Counted from the stretch's first letter, positions 1 through 11,544 are shown. The stretch is 64,000 nucleotides of DNA from an uncultured bacterium (GCA_965112635.1 OZ218778.1:1728001-1792000); one strand, 5' to 3'. Notes: generated from the letters alone by a model not told the origin. Program-made: numbers and translations.

Positions 1-57
1 AAATTCAGATTGTAAAGATTGCCATTCATTGATTACTCCTTGAAAGGAGACGTTGGG

Positions 58-348
58 ATGACCAGAGCGGATTTGATACAAGCGACGGCGAAAGCCATCA
101 ATGTTTCAACCAAAGACGCCCAGACCGTGGTGGTCACTTTTTTCAAAACCTTGGAGGCGGCCCTAGCCAGGGGAGAGACCGTTGAGCTGAGGGGATTGGG
201 CACTTTTGGGATCAAGGTCCGCAAAGCCAGCGTGGGCAGGAACGTCCGGACCGGAGAGGTCATCCCGGTTTCTTCCCATGCCAAGGTCTTTTTCAGGCTC
301 GGCAGAGAACTCAAGAAGAACGCCTCTAAAATTGTCCAACCTTTCTAA
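58..348 (+). CDS. HU/IHF family DNA-binding protein
   Basis: MTRADLI...VELRGLGTF...GRNVRTGEVI HU signature; ATG at 58 with AAAGGAGA RBS upstream (ORF track starts at TTG 19). Confidence 0.92.
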   Translation: MTRADLIQATAKAINVSTKDAQTVVVTFFKTLEAALARGETVELRGLGTFGIKVRKASVGRNVRTGEVIPVSSHAKVFFRLGRELKKNASKIVQPF

Positions 349-360
349 AAAGTTCCTCGC

Positions 361-3018
361 GTGAATCCCGGAGCGGCTCCACCCGCAAACCACAAGGCGC
401 ATTTTTGGCTCTCTATTCTGTTCTTTCTTTGGACCGGAACATTAGGGGCATTTTATTTCCATTACCATCCTCTGGATCCCAAGTATTTTCAGTATGTCGT
501 CATTCCATTCCAATCCATTTCTTTTTCCTGGGACGCTTTCCAGCAGACTTGGGCTAACCAGCTGGGCTCTCTTTTGCTTTTGGCGTTCCTCCTCGTCCTG
601 TCCGCCGGGCTGGGCAAAAAAATATTTGATTTTTTATCCCTGAGGTTCTCTCCCAAGCAGGAGATGGTGCTGGCGACCTGCGCCGGGCTGTTCGTCATTT
701 CTCAGATCGTTCTGGGCGCCGGATTGTGCGGGCTCTATTTTTCCCTCCTTTTCTACGGTATCTGCTTCGGCCTGCTCCTTTACATAGCCGGCCCTTACCC
801 AAGGCCTTTCCTCTGGCTGGGGGAATGGTGGCGGGCGTTCAAAACAGAACCTAAACCAGCCTTATCCTGGTTTGAGCTGGGCCTCAAGGCCGTATTCCTC
901 CTGACCCTGATCATCGGGTTGGGCGCCACGTTCGCTCCTGAATTCGGCTGGGACCCGATGATTTACCATTTGCGCGTCCCTTCCCATTACGCGCAGGGCC
1001 ACGGCATCTTTAATATTCCCCAGATCGCGCATTCTTATTTTCCTTTTAATATGGAAATGCTTTACACGCTTGGTTTCCTCCTCAAGGGGGAGACTCTGTC
1101 CAAACTGATCAATTTTTCCATGGGCCTTTTGACCGTCTGGCTTCTCTACCTTTTTTGCCTCCAGCTTGATCCCGCACCTGCCACCACTGGATCCCCAGGG
1201 CCTTCCCGCAGAGCGGGGTGGTTTTGTCTGGCCTTGGTGTATACCACCCCGGTCTTTGTGATCCTGACCACGCAAGCCTATGTCGACGTGGAGGTCTGCT
1301 TGTTCCTGTTCTTATGCCTGTGGATGCTGCTGAAAATCGGGGAGGCCAAGGACAGCCGCAGGTTTGACGGGTTGATCTGCCTAATGTCGCTTTTTGGGGC
1401 CGCCCTGCTGGGGTTGAAATATTCGGGCATCGTTTATATCTTCCTGTTGGGGGTGATCTTAGGCTGGCTGTTGTGGTCCAAGACCGGCAAGCCGGGTCAT
1501 GCCGCCAGGGCCGTTCTCTGGTTCTGGCTATTCACCTTTATATTGTTTCTGCCTTGGCTAATCAAGGATTTTGTCCTGACGGGCAATCCGGTGTATCCTT
1601 TGTTCGCCAAGTGGTTCAAGGAAACGGGTTTCAATCCCTATTTTTCCAATGCCCTGGCTGAGAAGGTCATTCCTTATGCCGCACCGATGAAGTTGATGGA
1701 CCGGGTGGCCTATATCCTTCATTTTGCCAAGGACTTGTTGATCAAGGGGCAGGAGGTAGGAACTGTCTCCGTCCTCTACTTGGTCTTCCTGCCCGTCTTG
1801 TTCTTTTATTGGAAACAAAGGCCCGGGATCCTGAATTGGGCCTTGGTCTTCCTGGGGTTTGGGATCATCGCGGGCAATTCCTCGGTTCTGGATATCCGAT
1901 ATTTCATGCCCCTGATGGTGGTCTTGAGCGTTACTTTTTCTTGGGCAGTGGAACGGTTCTTGTCAGGGGAACATTTCATTACGAAGTCGATAAAAATTAT
2001 GATCTTGATCCTTCTGCTTGGGCAAACCCTGGAGTTCACCCAGACCGTGACACAGAACTATAATCCCTGGGCCGTTTCCACGGGGTTTCAAAAGCCTTCC
2101 GACTTTATCGGCAGACAGACCATTCCGCGGTTCTTTTATTACCAGATGGGGGAATATGTCAACTCCCATCTTCCAGGGAACAGCAGATTCGTCATGCTTG
2201 GCGACATCATGACCTATTATTACGAGAGGCTGGGCGTGTTCGATTACCAGTGGATCACCCCTTCTGTCTGGACCCGGGTGCTGCAGGGTTCCCGGACCGA
2301 AGAAGAAATGTACCGGCGTCTCAGGCGGTTGGGCATCACCCACGTGGTTTACAACCAGCCCAAAGCTTATTCCATGCAGTTCTCCAAGATAGGCTGGGAA
2401 TGGGAGGAGCAGGACCAGGCCGCTTACTGCAACCTCTGGGCCCGGCGCATGAGCAAGGTGGCGTCATTTGGCCCCATGTATCTTTATGCGTTGAACCCGC
2501 CGGACCATCTGAACGATCCCCGCGAACCTTTGACCGTGCTACCGGCCATGGAGGAGCAGTGGCTGATCCGCGCTGACCAGCTGCTGAGGAGCAATAAAAG
2601 CAAAGAGGGGGTGGAACAGGCGATGGGGGTCTATAAGGAAATACTCAAAATGGCTCCCAACCTGGCCTCAGCCCACGCGGGCCTAGGCATCGCTTACCTA
2701 AATTTAGGCAAGATCGCCAAAGCCGGCGGCGAGTTAGATTACGCCTACAAGACCGGGTTTGCCAGCGTGCCTTTGTATCAGGGCCTGGCCTATATAGAGG
2801 GTGAACGCAAGGATTTTCACAAAGCTCTGGATTACCAGTTGGAGGCCGCGCAGTTGGATCCCTTTGACGCCCAGATCGTGAAAAATCTGGCCGGGGTGTA
2901 TTACCAGCTGGGGGATCTCAGGCAGGCTTACCAGTATTTCCAGCGCGCTTTGTCCATGAATCCCGCAGACCAGGAGATTCCCCGTTATCTCCAAAAAATA
3001 GCCTCTCAAATGCGGTGA
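361..3018 (+). CDS. Polytopic membrane glycosyltransferase (GT-C/PMT-like) with C-terminal TPR repeats
   Basis: Many TM helices, WDPMIYHL and TGNPVYP motifs typical of GT-C/ArnT-like proteins; C-terminal TPRs (AHAGLGIAY, KNLAGVYYQLG). Confidence 0.7.
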   Translation: MNPGAAPPANHKAHFWLSILFFLWTGTLGAFYFHYHPLDPKYFQYVVIPFQSISFSWDAFQQTWANQLGSLLLLAFLLVLSAGLGKKIFDFLSLRFSPKQEMVLATCAGLFVISQIVLGAGLCGLYFSLLFYGICFGLLLYIAGPYPRPFLWLGEWWRAFKTEPKPALSWFELGLKAVFLLTLIIGLGATFAPEFGWDPMIYHLRVPSHYAQGHGIFNIPQIAHSYFPFNMEMLYTLGFLLKGETLSKLINFSMGLLTVWLLYLFCLQLDPAPATTGSPGPSRRAGWFCLALVYTTPVFVILTTQAYVDVEVCLFLFLCLWMLLKIGEAKDSRRFDGLICLMSLFGAALLGLKYSGIVYIFLLGVILGWLLWSKTGKPGHAARAVLWFWLFTFILFLPWLIKDFVLTGNPVYPLFAKWFKETGFNPYFSNALAEKVIPYAAPMKLMDRVAYILHFAKDLLIKGQEVGTVSVLYLVFLPVLFFYWKQRPGILNWALVFLGFGIIAGNSSVLDIRYFMPLMVVLSVTFSWAVERFLSGEHFITKSIKIMILILLLGQTLEFTQTVTQNYNPWAVSTGFQKPSDFIGRQTIPRFFYYQMGEYVNSHLPGNSRFVMLGDIMTYYYERLGVFDYQWITPSVWTRVLQGSRTEEEMYRRLRRLGITHVVYNQPKAYSMQFSKIGWEWEEQDQAAYCNLWARRMSKVASFGPMYLYALNPPDHLNDPREPLTVLPAMEEQWLIRADQLLRSNKSKEGVEQAMGVYKEILKMAPNLASAHAGLGIAYLNLGKIAKAGGELDYAYKTGFASVPLYQGLAYIEGERKDFHKALDYQLEAAQLDPFDAQIVKNLAGVYYQLGDLRQAYQYFQRALSMNPADQEIPRYLQKIASQMR

Positions 3019-3067
3019 CCTGTTGCGTTGCTTGGAGAAGGGCGGAAGGCCGGGGATGGGCTTTTCT

Positions 3068-4921
3068 TTACCGTACTGAAATGATAGGGAAGTAGAGCTT
3101 GTTTTCCTGCCTTTTCCACCAGCATTGCTCGGCCCGTTTTTCTTCATAAGTGGAAAAGCGGTAGTCATACAGTGCGGCGCGAATATGCCGGGGCGGAGCG
3201 TCCTTGAACGGATTTTCTCGCAGCAGGCCCACGACCTCGGGTGAGTCGTCCAAAAGCCTCAGGCAAAGGTTGACCAGCCAAGGATTTTTGGAGGCGTCGC
3301 TCTGGGCGGCGTACCAGACCAACCAGTCTAACCTCACCGGTGAAAAAAAGGTCGGGCCTCCGATCCTGGAAGGATCCCCGGGTTTGTAGAGGAATTCATA
3401 GGTGTACCATAGGCTGCGGTTGCGGCTTCCCTGGATCAAGACCTCGCGCCTTGTCCGGGGAACGACCGGAAAGTTGTCGTAACTGTTGATGGAGTGAAAG
3501 GGCGCCGTGAGGTTCAGTGTTTTGATCAGCGGGGCAGGCAAGCTCCATCCAGGCAGGAGGACCGTCAGAACCTCAAGGCCGCTTACCCATAAAATAACGG
3601 CCGTCAGGATAGCAATGGCCCACCTGGGCCATCTCTTGGAAATGTTATCCGAAGCCGCGGTTTTCTTGCTTGTTTTGAGGGTCCCCAAAGACAGATGCCA
3701 GGGGTCGGGGAAGACCGCGTCATCCACCAAGAAAAGGCAGAGCCCCAGGCCGAGCAGGCAAAAAAAGGAATAGTTACCCGTAAGCATGGTCGCCACCAGA
3801 TATCCCGCGAAAGCTCCGCAGGTCCACAGACGCTGGCGCCTGGGTCCGAAGACCAGGAACGGCATCGCCACCTCGATGACCAGCATCAGGAAGTTCAAAA
3901 ATCCCAGCAGCCAGGCAGGGAGCAGGTGGCACCACCAGGCCAGGACTGTGGGAAGAGGCTGCGTTTCCAAATAGTAGCTTAGGCCTGTGAGGTTCCTCCA
4001 GGCCGGATCCGGACTTAAGAGTTTGGACAAGCCTAGAGTGAAGAAAAACCTGAACAAAAGCCAGCGGAACAGCCAGACCACGGTCCGCGGCGGCCTAGGA
4101 TTAGAAAAGGTGCTGGCCGGCAGGGTGAGGTTGCCCAAAAAAATGGCCAGGAAGCCAGCTTCCAAAAGCAGGTTGTCCCAGGGCATGACCAAAAAACCCC
4201 CGCCCGCGACGACCAGGGAAAGATAAAGTCCCCAGAGGATAAAAAGGAGCAGGGACGAGGCGTATCCCACCACAAGGGCTAGGGAAAGAAAAGCCCCCAA
4301 GTTGCAGAGGACCTGGATGACGGTGTCATTGGCGGAGAACCAGAGGAAGGTCGGCAGCAGGCGGTAGCCGGTGAAACCCAGGTTGGCGTGAACAGCTTTT
4401 AAAAAGCTTTCCACGGGGAGGACGCCTGAGCTTCCCAGAAGCCCATTGGTTTCCTGGGACAGGGACACAAAGGCGATCAAGTAAATGAACCCCAGGAAGA
4501 CAAGGAAGATCGAGGATGAAAAACGGTAGGTGGGAGGTTCGACCTGCCGGCCATGGAAAAAGGCATAATAGTGGGTCAGCACCTGGCGGTGTTTAGAATA
4601 AAAGTCCAGGACTTTATCCCTCAGGGTCGCGAAAAAAGGCAGGTTGCGGTAGATCCAGAGGACCGTTTTCTTTTCCGGGAGATAGGCCAGGAGGCGCGTG
4701 ATCGCAGTGGCTCCGCTGGTCATCTCGTGGTTGAGGTCCACAAAATGGAACAGGGACGATTGCAGGTCTTTGGGCGACAGGTTGGGGAAATATTCGGCGG
4801 CTCTTTGATAAGGTTCGTAATCGATCTTATCGCCGGTCAGAGCTTTCCAGCCGGCGACCAGGCGCAGGCAATAACGACTGTCGCCATCATAGACCAAGAG
4901 GGGTTTGGACAGGGTTTTCAT
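3068..4921 (-). CDS. Lipase maturation factor family protein with N-terminal DCC-type thioredoxin-like domain
   Basis: LVYDGDSRYC N-terminus; LLLEAGFLAIF, RWLLFR, YETQPLP-like, RLDW and F..PPR.IRA..Y.YRF motifs of LMF1. Confidence 0.85.
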   Translation of the reverse strand: MKTLSKPLLVYDGDSRYCLRLVAGWKALTGDKIDYEPYQRAAEYFPNLSPKDLQSSLFHFVDLNHEMTSGATAITRLLAYLPEKKTVLWIYRNLPFFATLRDKVLDFYSKHRQVLTHYYAFFHGRQVEPPTYRFSSSIFLVFLGFIYLIAFVSLSQETNGLLGSSGVLPVESFLKAVHANLGFTGYRLLPTFLWFSANDTVIQVLCNLGAFLSLALVVGYASSLLLFILWGLYLSLVVAGGGFLVMPWDNLLLEAGFLAIFLGNLTLPASTFSNPRPPRTVVWLFRWLLFRFFFTLGLSKLLSPDPAWRNLTGLSYYLETQPLPTVLAWWCHLLPAWLLGFLNFLMLVIEVAMPFLVFGPRRQRLWTCGAFAGYLVATMLTGNYSFFCLLGLGLCLFLVDDAVFPDPWHLSLGTLKTSKKTAASDNISKRWPRWAIAILTAVILWVSGLEVLTVLLPGWSLPAPLIKTLNLTAPFHSINSYDNFPVVPRTRREVLIQGSRNRSLWYTYEFLYKPGDPSRIGGPTFFSPVRLDWLVWYAAQSDASKNPWLVNLCLRLLDDSPEVVGLLRENPFKDAPPRHIRAALYDYRFSTYEEKRAEQCWWKRQENKLYFPIISVR

Positions 4922-5016
4922 AGTTCTATTGTACTGTAAAACTGGTGGTAGGGCTAAAACTTTACGAACAGCCGGACAGGCCTATTCAGGCTTATTTAAA
5001 AGGGTAATCCCGGGTT

Positions 5017-5262
5017 TCAGTTGCGGCTGGCCTCTTTGTTGAGTTTTTCCACCAAATATTCCCAACGGGTCGTGATATAGCGCAGATTGTCCTTGGCCAG
5101 GGATGACTGGCCTGAAAAAGGGTCGATCGCATATTCTTTACCCAGCTGCCAGTCCAAGTGTCTTTCCCTGCACCAAGCCACCGCTTCTTTATACCAGGAA
5201 GGGTCATAGAGGAGCTTGGTCCTAAGTTCTTTTAGTATTTCCAGCGAATTCCGTTCTTCCAT
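5017..5262 (-). CDS. Small hypothetical protein (81 aa)
   Basis: ATG preceded by GGGAG on the minus strand; fills the gap between fumC and the LMF gene; no motif recognised. Confidence 0.55.
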   Translation of the reverse strand: MEERNSLEILKELRTKLLYDPSWYKEAVAWCRERHLDWQLGKEYAIDPFSGQSSLAKDNLRYITTRWEYLVEKLNKEASRN

Positions 5263-5387
5263 GGAACGCTCCCATCTAAATTAATGTTGATATGCGTAAA
5301 GTTAGACAAATAAAAGCCAAAAAAGTTCCATTTTTTACACTATTTTTTGTCGTAAAGAGGGGTCAAAAAGAGTCAGTATCGCTGTAA

Positions 5388-6788
5388 TTACAAGCCCGGA
5401 CGGGTCATTTTTTCCGGTCTGACCCATTGGTCGAACTGCTTTTCCGTCACCAATCCCAGGGCCACAGCGGCCTCTTTGAGGGTCAAGCCGCTTTGAAGGG
5501 CTTTTTTGGCTATTTTAGCGGCGTGGTCATAGCCGATATGGGGGGCAAGGGCTGTGGCCAGCATCAAGCTGCGGCTGGTCAGCTCTTTCATCCGCTTGGG
5601 GTTGGGTTTGATCCCTTTGGCGCAAAAATCGTTGAAATCCTCCATGGCCTGGCTTAAGAGCTTGGCTGAACCCAGGTAGTTATGGATGATCAAAGGCTTG
5701 TTCACATTGAGCTCAAAATTGCCGCTGGCGCCGGCCAAGGTGACGGCCGTGTCATTTCCCAGCACCTGGGTGCAGACCATAAGCATGGCTTCGCACTGGG
5801 TCGGGTTGACCTTACCGGGCATAATGGAGGAGCCCGGCTCGTTGTCAGGGATGGAAATCTCTCCCAGTCCCGCCCGGGGGCCAGAAGCCAGCCAACGGAT
5901 GTCATTGGCTATTTTCATCAGGGAGCAGGCCAGGGTCTTGATGGCCGCGTGGCTGAAGACCAGGCTGTCGTGGCAGGCCAGGGCCTCGAACTTATTGGGA
6001 GCGGTCTTAAAAGGCAGCCGGGTCAGTTGGCTGATTCTTTTAGCCACTTTGACTGCAAATTTGGGATGGGTGTTGAGCCCGGTGCCGACAGCGGTCCCGC
6101 CCAGGGCCAGTTCCAAGAGATGCTTTTGCGTCATCCTTAACCGTTCCATATCCTTGGACAGCTGATGAGCCCAGCCGGAGATTTCCTGTCCCAGGGTTAG
6201 AGGCACGGCGTCCATCAGGTGCGTCCGGCCTATCTTGAGGACATTTTTGTAGGCCCTGGATTTGGCCTCCAATGTTTTCTGAAGCTTGGCAACCGCGGGC
6301 AGGAGTTGGTGGACCAGGACGTCCATCGCGGCAATGTGCATGGCAGTCGGGAAGGTGTCGTTGCTGCTCTGGCTTTTATTGACATCATCGTTGGGGTGGA
6401 TGGGTTTTTTACTGCCCTTGATACCATGAGCCAACTCGATGGCGCGGTTGCTGATGACCTCGTTGACATTCATATTGCTCTGGGTGCCGGAACCAGTTTG
6501 CCAGACTACGAGAGGAAAATGGCTTTTCAGCTTACCGCTGATGACCTCGTCGCAGGCTTTGCTGATGAGACGGGCTTTGTCCGAGGTTAAGAGGCCCAGT
6601 TCCTGGTTGGTCAGGCAGACCGCTTTTTTGAGGATGCCGAAGGCTCTTATCATTTCCGGAGCCAAGACATCTTTGTCTGCGCCGGCCCTGAAATGCCGCA
6701 GGGAACGCTGGGTTTGGGCTCCCCAGTATCGATCGCTGGGGACCATGACTGAGCCCATACTGTCTGTTTCTTTCCTGAATACGGGCAT
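5388..6788 (-). CDS. fumC: Fumarate hydratase class II
   Basis: [15 protein letters not shown] signature, [22 protein letters not shown]; start at [12 protein letters not shown] (6788) with GGAG RBS. Confidence 0.97.
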   Translation of the reverse strand: MPVFRKETDSMGSVMVPSDRYWGAQTQRSLRHFRAGADKDVLAPEMIRAFGILKKAVCLTNQELGLLTSDKARLISKACDEVISGKLKSHFPLVVWQTGSGTQSNMNVNEVISNRAIELAHGIKGSKKPIHPNDDVNKSQSSNDTFPTAMHIAAMDVLVHQLLPAVAKLQKTLEAKSRAYKNVLKIGRTHLMDAVPLTLGQEISGWAHQLSKDMERLRMTQKHLLELALGGTAVGTGLNTHPKFAVKVAKRISQLTRLPFKTAPNKFEALACHDSLVFSHAAIKTLACSLMKIANDIRWLASGPRAGLGEISIPDNEPGSSIMPGKVNPTQCEAMLMVCTQVLGNDTAVTLAGASGNFELNVNKPLIIHNYLGSAKLLSQAMEDFNDFCAKGIKPNPKRMKELTSRSLMLATALAPHIGYDHAAKIAKKALQSGLTLKEAAVALGLVTEKQFDQWVRPEKMTRPGL

Positions 6789-6795
6789 TGATCTC

Positions 6796-8475
6796 CTAGT
6801 CCTTGGGCAGGGCCAGGACCGCGCCGGTGCTGGCACTAGTGACCATCCGGCAATAGCGGCCCAGCCAGCCGGTGTTGATCTTAGGCTTGGGTTTTTTCCA
6901 GGCCTTGCGGCGTTTGGCCATTTCCGCGGGGCTTATCTTGAGGGTCAGGGTCCGTTTGGGAATATTGATAAGGATGGTATCGTTGTTCTTGATGAAGGCG
7001 ATGGGCCCGCCCTCGGCCGCTTCGGGGCTGATATGCCCGATGCATGTGCCAGCCGTACCGCCGGAAAAACGGCCATCGGTCAAAAGGGCCACTTTGTTGC
7101 CCAATCCCTGTCCGATGATCTTGGAGGTCGGGGAAAGCATTTCCGGCATGCCCGGTCCGCCCCGCGGTCCTTCGTAACGTACGACCACCACGTGGCCCGG
7201 CTTGACCTGGCGCTTTTCCAGAGCCTCTAGGACCTCGTCCTGGGAGTTAAAAGTTATTGCCTTGCCCTCGAAGACCAGGCACTCGGGGTCCACACCGGCT
7301 GCCTTGACCACGGCTCCGTCCGGAGCCAGGTTGCCGAACAACACGGCCAGACCGCCGTCCTGGGAAAAGGGGTCGTTTATGCTGCGGATGACCTTGGGGT
7401 TCTTTATCTCTGCGTTGGCGATGTTCTCGCCCAAAGTTTTACCGGTCACCGTCAGGGTGTCCAGGTTGAGAAGACCTTTTTTCTTGGAAATCTCCCTGAG
7501 GATCGCGGAAATACCGCCGGCCTGGTCCACGTCCTGGATATGCACGTCCCGTTTGGACGGAGAGACCTTGCAGATACAGGGTGTTTTGGCCGAAATTTCA
7601 TTGACCCGCTCCAGTTGATAGCTGACGCCGGCCTCGTGGGCGATGGCAAAGGAGTGCAGGACCGTGTTGGTGGAGCCACCCATGGCCATATCCAGGCTAA
7701 AGGCGTTGTCCAATGACTTTTTGGTCACAATATCGCGGGGCTTGATGTCCTTTTCCAAAATGACCATGACCTGGCGTGCGGTAGCCTTGGCCAGTTCGGT
7801 ACGCCGTGGGTCAACGGCCAGGATGGTGCCGTTGCCGGGCAGGGCCAAGCCGATGGCTTCCAATAGGCAGTTCATGGAATTGGCCGTGAACATTCCAGCG
7901 CAGGAACCGCAACCCGGGCAGGCGACGCGCTCCATAACCTCTAGGGCTGAGGCGGTGATCTTGCCGGCCTGGAACTCGCCCACGCTGTCAAAGATGTTGA
8001 TGAGGTCTACGGAGGTGCCGCTCTTGGTGACCCCGGCCTTCATGGCGCCGCCGCTCAAAAAGATGGTGGGGATGTTGAGCCGCAGGCTGCCCATGACCAT
8101 GCCGGGAGTGATCTTGTCGCAGTTGGTGATGCAGATGAGCGCGTCAAAGCAGTGGGCCATGACCATGGTCTCCACGGAGTCGGCGATGAGTTCGCGGCTG
8201 GGCAGGGAGTAGCGCATGCCCAGATGCCCCATGGTGATGCCGTCGTCCACGGCAATGGTGTTGAACTCAAAAGGCACACCGCCGGCCTTCCTGACTTCAT
8301 CCTTGACCACCTGGGCCAGCTTGTTGAGGTGGACGTGGCCGGGGCAGATGTCCGTGTAGGAGTTGGCGATGCCTATAAACGGTTTGGCCATGTCCTCGTC
8401 TTTGACGCCAGCGGCCCGTAAGAGCCCGCGGGAGCCCGCCCGGTCATAGCCTTTTTTAATTGCATCAGATCTCAT
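6796..8475 (-). CDS. ilvD: Dihydroxy-acid dehydratase
   Basis: [49 protein letters not shown] motifs. Confidence 0.97.
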   Translation of the reverse strand: MRSDAIKKGYDRAGSRGLLRAAGVKDEDMAKPFIGIANSYTDICPGHVHLNKLAQVVKDEVRKAGGVPFEFNTIAVDDGITMGHLGMRYSLPSRELIADSVETMVMAHCFDALICITNCDKITPGMVMGSLRLNIPTIFLSGGAMKAGVTKSGTSVDLINIFDSVGEFQAGKITASALEVMERVACPGCGSCAGMFTANSMNCLLEAIGLALPGNGTILAVDPRRTELAKATARQVMVILEKDIKPRDIVTKKSLDNAFSLDMAMGGSTNTVLHSFAIAHEAGVSYQLERVNEISAKTPCICKVSPSKRDVHIQDVDQAGGISAILREISKKKGLLNLDTLTVTGKTLGENIANAEIKNPKVIRSINDPFSQDGGLAVLFGNLAPDGAVVKAAGVDPECLVFEGKAITFNSQDEVLEALEKRQVKPGHVVVVRYEGPRGGPGMPEMLSPTSKIIGQGLGNKVALLTDGRFSGGTAGTCIGHISPEAAEGGPIAFIKNNDTILINIPKRTLTLKISPAEMAKRRKAWKKPKPKINTGWLGRYCRMVTSASTGAVLALPKD

Positions 8476-8494
8476 TAGTAAAACCTCCCGTGAT

Positions 8495-9502
8495 TTATTT
8501 CAACAACTCATTAACTTTTTTCATGACCTCAAAAGCATCGGCAACATAGAGCACATCGGCCTTGCCCCTGGCCCAGCCGCAGTTGGCGTCCAGGTTGATG
8601 GCCCGGCGCTCGTTGATGAAACGCCAGCCCACGGCATGCGGCTCTTCGCCGTGGCAGCAGGTGGACAGTCCTTTGGGGTGCCTGGGGATGGAGCCGGTCT
8701 GGCCGACCTGGTGCATATGGGTCAGGAAAGACAGGGTTTCCCCGCCTTCGCCCTGGATGTCCACCAGGGATTTGCTGCTGCCCAAGGAGGCCTTGGATTT
8801 ACGGATAAAATTGAGGATGTGTTCCGTGGCTTCTTTGATATGGGTTTGTCCGTCCGCCTGCTTTTTGGTCCAGCCTGCGCCAGCCACGAAAAGCAGGGCC
8901 GCGTCAGGACGGATAGTCTGCTCACCGGTAGAAACGGATTTGATAGCCGTGACCTTGGTTTTTAAGGCTGGCAAAGACACGCTGATGTTTTCCGCTGTAG
9001 CATTCCCCGGTTCCAGTTTCTTGTACTCCTGGCTGGCCGGTTCAACGAGGATAAACCAGGGTTTATGGGTTCTCTGAACCTGGACCTCGATGCGCTGGCG
9101 GTAAACCCAGCGCGTGACAGTCAGAACGCCGCTGTTTTGCTCCAGTTTAGTGACATGGCTATCTGAGCGGCCATTGAGGCGCTGGCCGACCCCCGCGAGG
9201 ACCCGGCTAAACCTGGAAGTAGCCGATGCCACGACCACCTCCGGGCCAACTGCCTTGACCAAGGCCTCGACTGCTGCACTGTCGCTGCTGTAACGGGCTG
9301 AGGCAAATTCAACCCCGCTGACGGATAGGATTTTGTCAGCGCCGGCATTGGCCAGGTTCTTGGCCGCTTCCTTGGTGTCCTGGCCGATGATCCCGAGGGT
9401 AAATTTAGCTCCGAGCGCTTGGACAGCTCCCAAAACCTCAAAAACAGGTTTGGCCAGTTGGCCATCAGGTTCCGTATGGGCTAGGACCAGAACTTTATCC
9501 AT
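8495..9502 (-). CDS. etfA: Electron transfer flavoprotein alpha subunit (divergent type)
   Basis: HQVGQTG FAD motif, [17 protein letters not shown]; adjacent to the beta subunit. Confidence 0.85.
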   Translation of the reverse strand: MDKVLVLAHTEPDGQLAKPVFEVLGAVQALGAKFTLGIIGQDTKEAAKNLANAGADKILSVSGVEFASARYSSDSAAVEALVKAVGPEVVVASATSRFSRVLAGVGQRLNGRSDSHVTKLEQNSGVLTVTRWVYRQRIEVQVQRTHKPWFILVEPASQEYKKLEPGNATAENISVSLPALKTKVTAIKSVSTGEQTIRPDAALLFVAGAGWTKKQADGQTHIKEATEHILNFIRKSKASLGSSKSLVDIQGEGGETLSFLTHMHQVGQTGSIPRHPKGLSTCCHGEEPHAVGWRFINERRAINLDANCGWARGKADVLYVADAFEVMKKVNELLK

Positions 9503-9510
9503 TGTTTCTC

Positions 9511-10323
9511 CTACTCGTTGGATATCCAGGCCACGATCTCTTTGGCGATATCGACGGCCGGCATATTTTTAACTATCTTGGTCTCCCGCTGCTGCTTGGG
9601 GGTGGCGGCCGCCAGGTATTTGGAGCCTTCAGCCCCGGATTTGACAAGTTGGGCTTTTTGCAGGGAAGGCATCACCGTGCGCATATTGGCCATGCCGACC
9701 TGGGGATTATTGGCTGGTTCGGCCAAAGTGCCGGTGGCCCAACCCAAAACAGCCGGAGCAGAACTGCAGACCGAAACCTGGTGATTGCCGCCCTCGACCC
9801 TTTCCAAAACTTGGAAAGACCCATCCTCGTTGATTGTGATTTCGTCCACTCCCTGGAACTGGTCCGTGATACCCAAAAGCTCTCCGACCATCTGCAGGGT
9901 GGCACCCTGTCCGCGGGAAGCCGACTCCCATCCTCCGAAAACCAATACTTTGGAGAGGTCCAGGCCGGGGATGGACTTGATGGCCTGGCTAATGGCCTGG
10001 GCCGAGTCCGTGGCCTCGCTAAAGCCGCCACTAGGCCCGTCCAGGGCCACAAGTTCAAAGGGCACTTTTTGGGAGACGGTCATCATGACCTGCTGGAGTT
10101 TGGCTTTGGGAGCGTGGCTTACCAGATACACTTTGGAACCAGGGGCTTTTTTGGCCAAGTTGGCGGCCTCATAAAGGGAAATAGACGCCCAGGGGTCCAG
10201 GATAGCCGGCAAAAGCATCTCGTTTTTTAAACCCGGTCCGGTCGGTCCCATCATAGGTTCCAGGGTCTGTAAGGGGTCAGGCACGATCCCCGCGCAAACC
10301 ACGATCTGATAGGCTGTTGGCAT
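9511..10323 (-). CDS. etfB: Electron transfer flavoprotein beta subunit (divergent type)
   Basis: IVVC..IVPD N-terminus, GG.ESASRGQG AMP-binding region; directly upstream of etfA. Confidence 0.82.
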   Translation of the reverse strand: MPTAYQIVVCAGIVPDPLQTLEPMMGPTGPGLKNEMLLPAILDPWASISLYEAANLAKKAPGSKVYLVSHAPKAKLQQVMMTVSQKVPFELVALDGPSGGFSEATDSAQAISQAIKSIPGLDLSKVLVFGGWESASRGQGATLQMVGELLGITDQFQGVDEITINEDGSFQVLERVEGGNHQVSVCSSAPAVLGWATGTLAEPANNPQVGMANMRTVMPSLQKAQLVKSGAEGSKYLAAATPKQQRETKIVKNMPAVDIAKEIVAWISNE

Positions 10324-10500
10324 TGGTTTCCCTTCTTTTATTCAGTTAAAAAGACCAGCAGGTATTTTAACTAAAAAAAGCTGTTTTATCCTCTTAATTT
10401 TCATTAATCCTAGCGGACAAAAGCCTGGCCCCTATAAGTTTTAGGGGTATTTTGATATTATCCTCCTAATATTTATTCGCTCATACTTAAGGGAGGTTCC

Positions 10501-11544
10501 ATGACATCCAAAGAGCGTTGGCGCGCAGTTCTTTCCCGCAAGGCGGTAGACCATATCCCCTGCGATTACTGGGGCACGGCAGAAACCACGACTAAGATCA
10601 GGCAAGCCCTGGGATGCCGGACCGATGAAGAAATAAGTACCAAGCTGAAAATTGACGCGGCTGCCGGCCTGGACCTCACCCTCCATGACCCCTATGCGGC
10701 TGAGCGCAACGGCGCGGATGTCTGGTGGGTCAAACACCAGGAAATGAACTACGCGGGCGGCAGCGGCTCCTACAGCGAGGCTGTGGAATGCCCTTTGGCC
10801 AAATTGCAGACCGTGGAAGAGCTAAAAAAGTTCCGCTGGCCCGAACCCTCCTGGTGGACCGTTGAAAACATCCCGGAACAGTTGGAAAAGTACAAGAACC
10901 AGGCTTTGTTTGGCGGGTATTATTCGCCGTTCTATTATTATGGCAATATGCGCGGGGTGGAGCAGTCCCTGCTGGACTTGGCGGAGAACCCGGAGTTCGT
11001 GGAGGAGGCCATCGAGCGGCTGTTCCAGATACACTACGGCCTCATCGAGAACACTCTCAAAGCCGCCAAGGGTTGCGTGGATTTCGTGCAGGTGACCGAG
11101 GACTTGGGTACCCAGGAAAGCCTGGTGATGAGTCTCCCTATGTTCCGCAGGCTTTTGAAACCGAGAATGATTAAGATGATCAAGATGATCCACAGCTACG
11201 GCGCCTGGGTTTTCCACCACGACGACGGAGCCATCAGGCCGGTCATCCCGGACTTGATCGACGCGGGCATTGACGTGCTCAATCCCATCCAGTGGCGCTG
11301 TCCGGGCATGGATCGCGACGCCCTCAAAAAGGATTTTGGGAGCCGCTTGGTGTTCCACGGCGGGGTGGACAACCAGCAGACCCTGCCTTTTGGCACTCCC
11401 AAAGAGGTGCGGGAAGAGGTGCGGTATAACGCCAGGGTCTTGGGGCAGGGAGGCGGGTATATCATCGCGCCATGCCATAACATCCAACCCATCACTCCCG
11501 TGGAAAACATCGTTGCCATGTACGACGAGATCCAAAAACTGTAG
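10501..11544 (+). CDS. Uroporphyrinogen decarboxylase (URO-D/MtaA-CmuA) family protein
   Basis: MTSKER..AVL, EDLGTQ, HDDG, LNPIQ, GGVDNQ..LPFGT..EV, GGGYIIAPCHNIQ..TP.EN motifs; GGGAGG RBS. Confidence 0.88.
   Translation: MTSKERWRAVLSRKAVDHIPCDYWGTAETTTKIRQALGCRTDEEISTKLKIDAAAGLDLTLHDPYAAERNGADVWWVKHQEMNYAGGSGSYSEAVECPLAKLQTVEELKKFRWPEPSWWTVENIPEQLEKYKNQALFGGYYSPFYYYGNMRGVEQSLLDLAENPEFVEEAIERLFQIHYGLIENTLKAAKGCVDFVQVTEDLGTQESLVMSLPMFRRLLKPRMIKMIKMIHSYGAWVFHHDDGAIRPVIPDLIDAGIDVLNPIQWRCPGMDRDALKKDFGSRLVFHGGVDNQQTLPFGTPKEVREEVRYNARVLGQGGGYIIAPCHNIQPITPVENIVAMYDEIQKL

Noticed and set aside
4962-4985. Possible duplicate of the fumC 3' end after the 81-aa gene
   Set aside because: Only patchy similarity (ccggac core); not distinguishable from chance.
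5388-6836. ORF-track start of fumC at 6836
   Set aside because: Overlaps ilvD; ATG 6788 has an RBS and gives the normal N-terminus.
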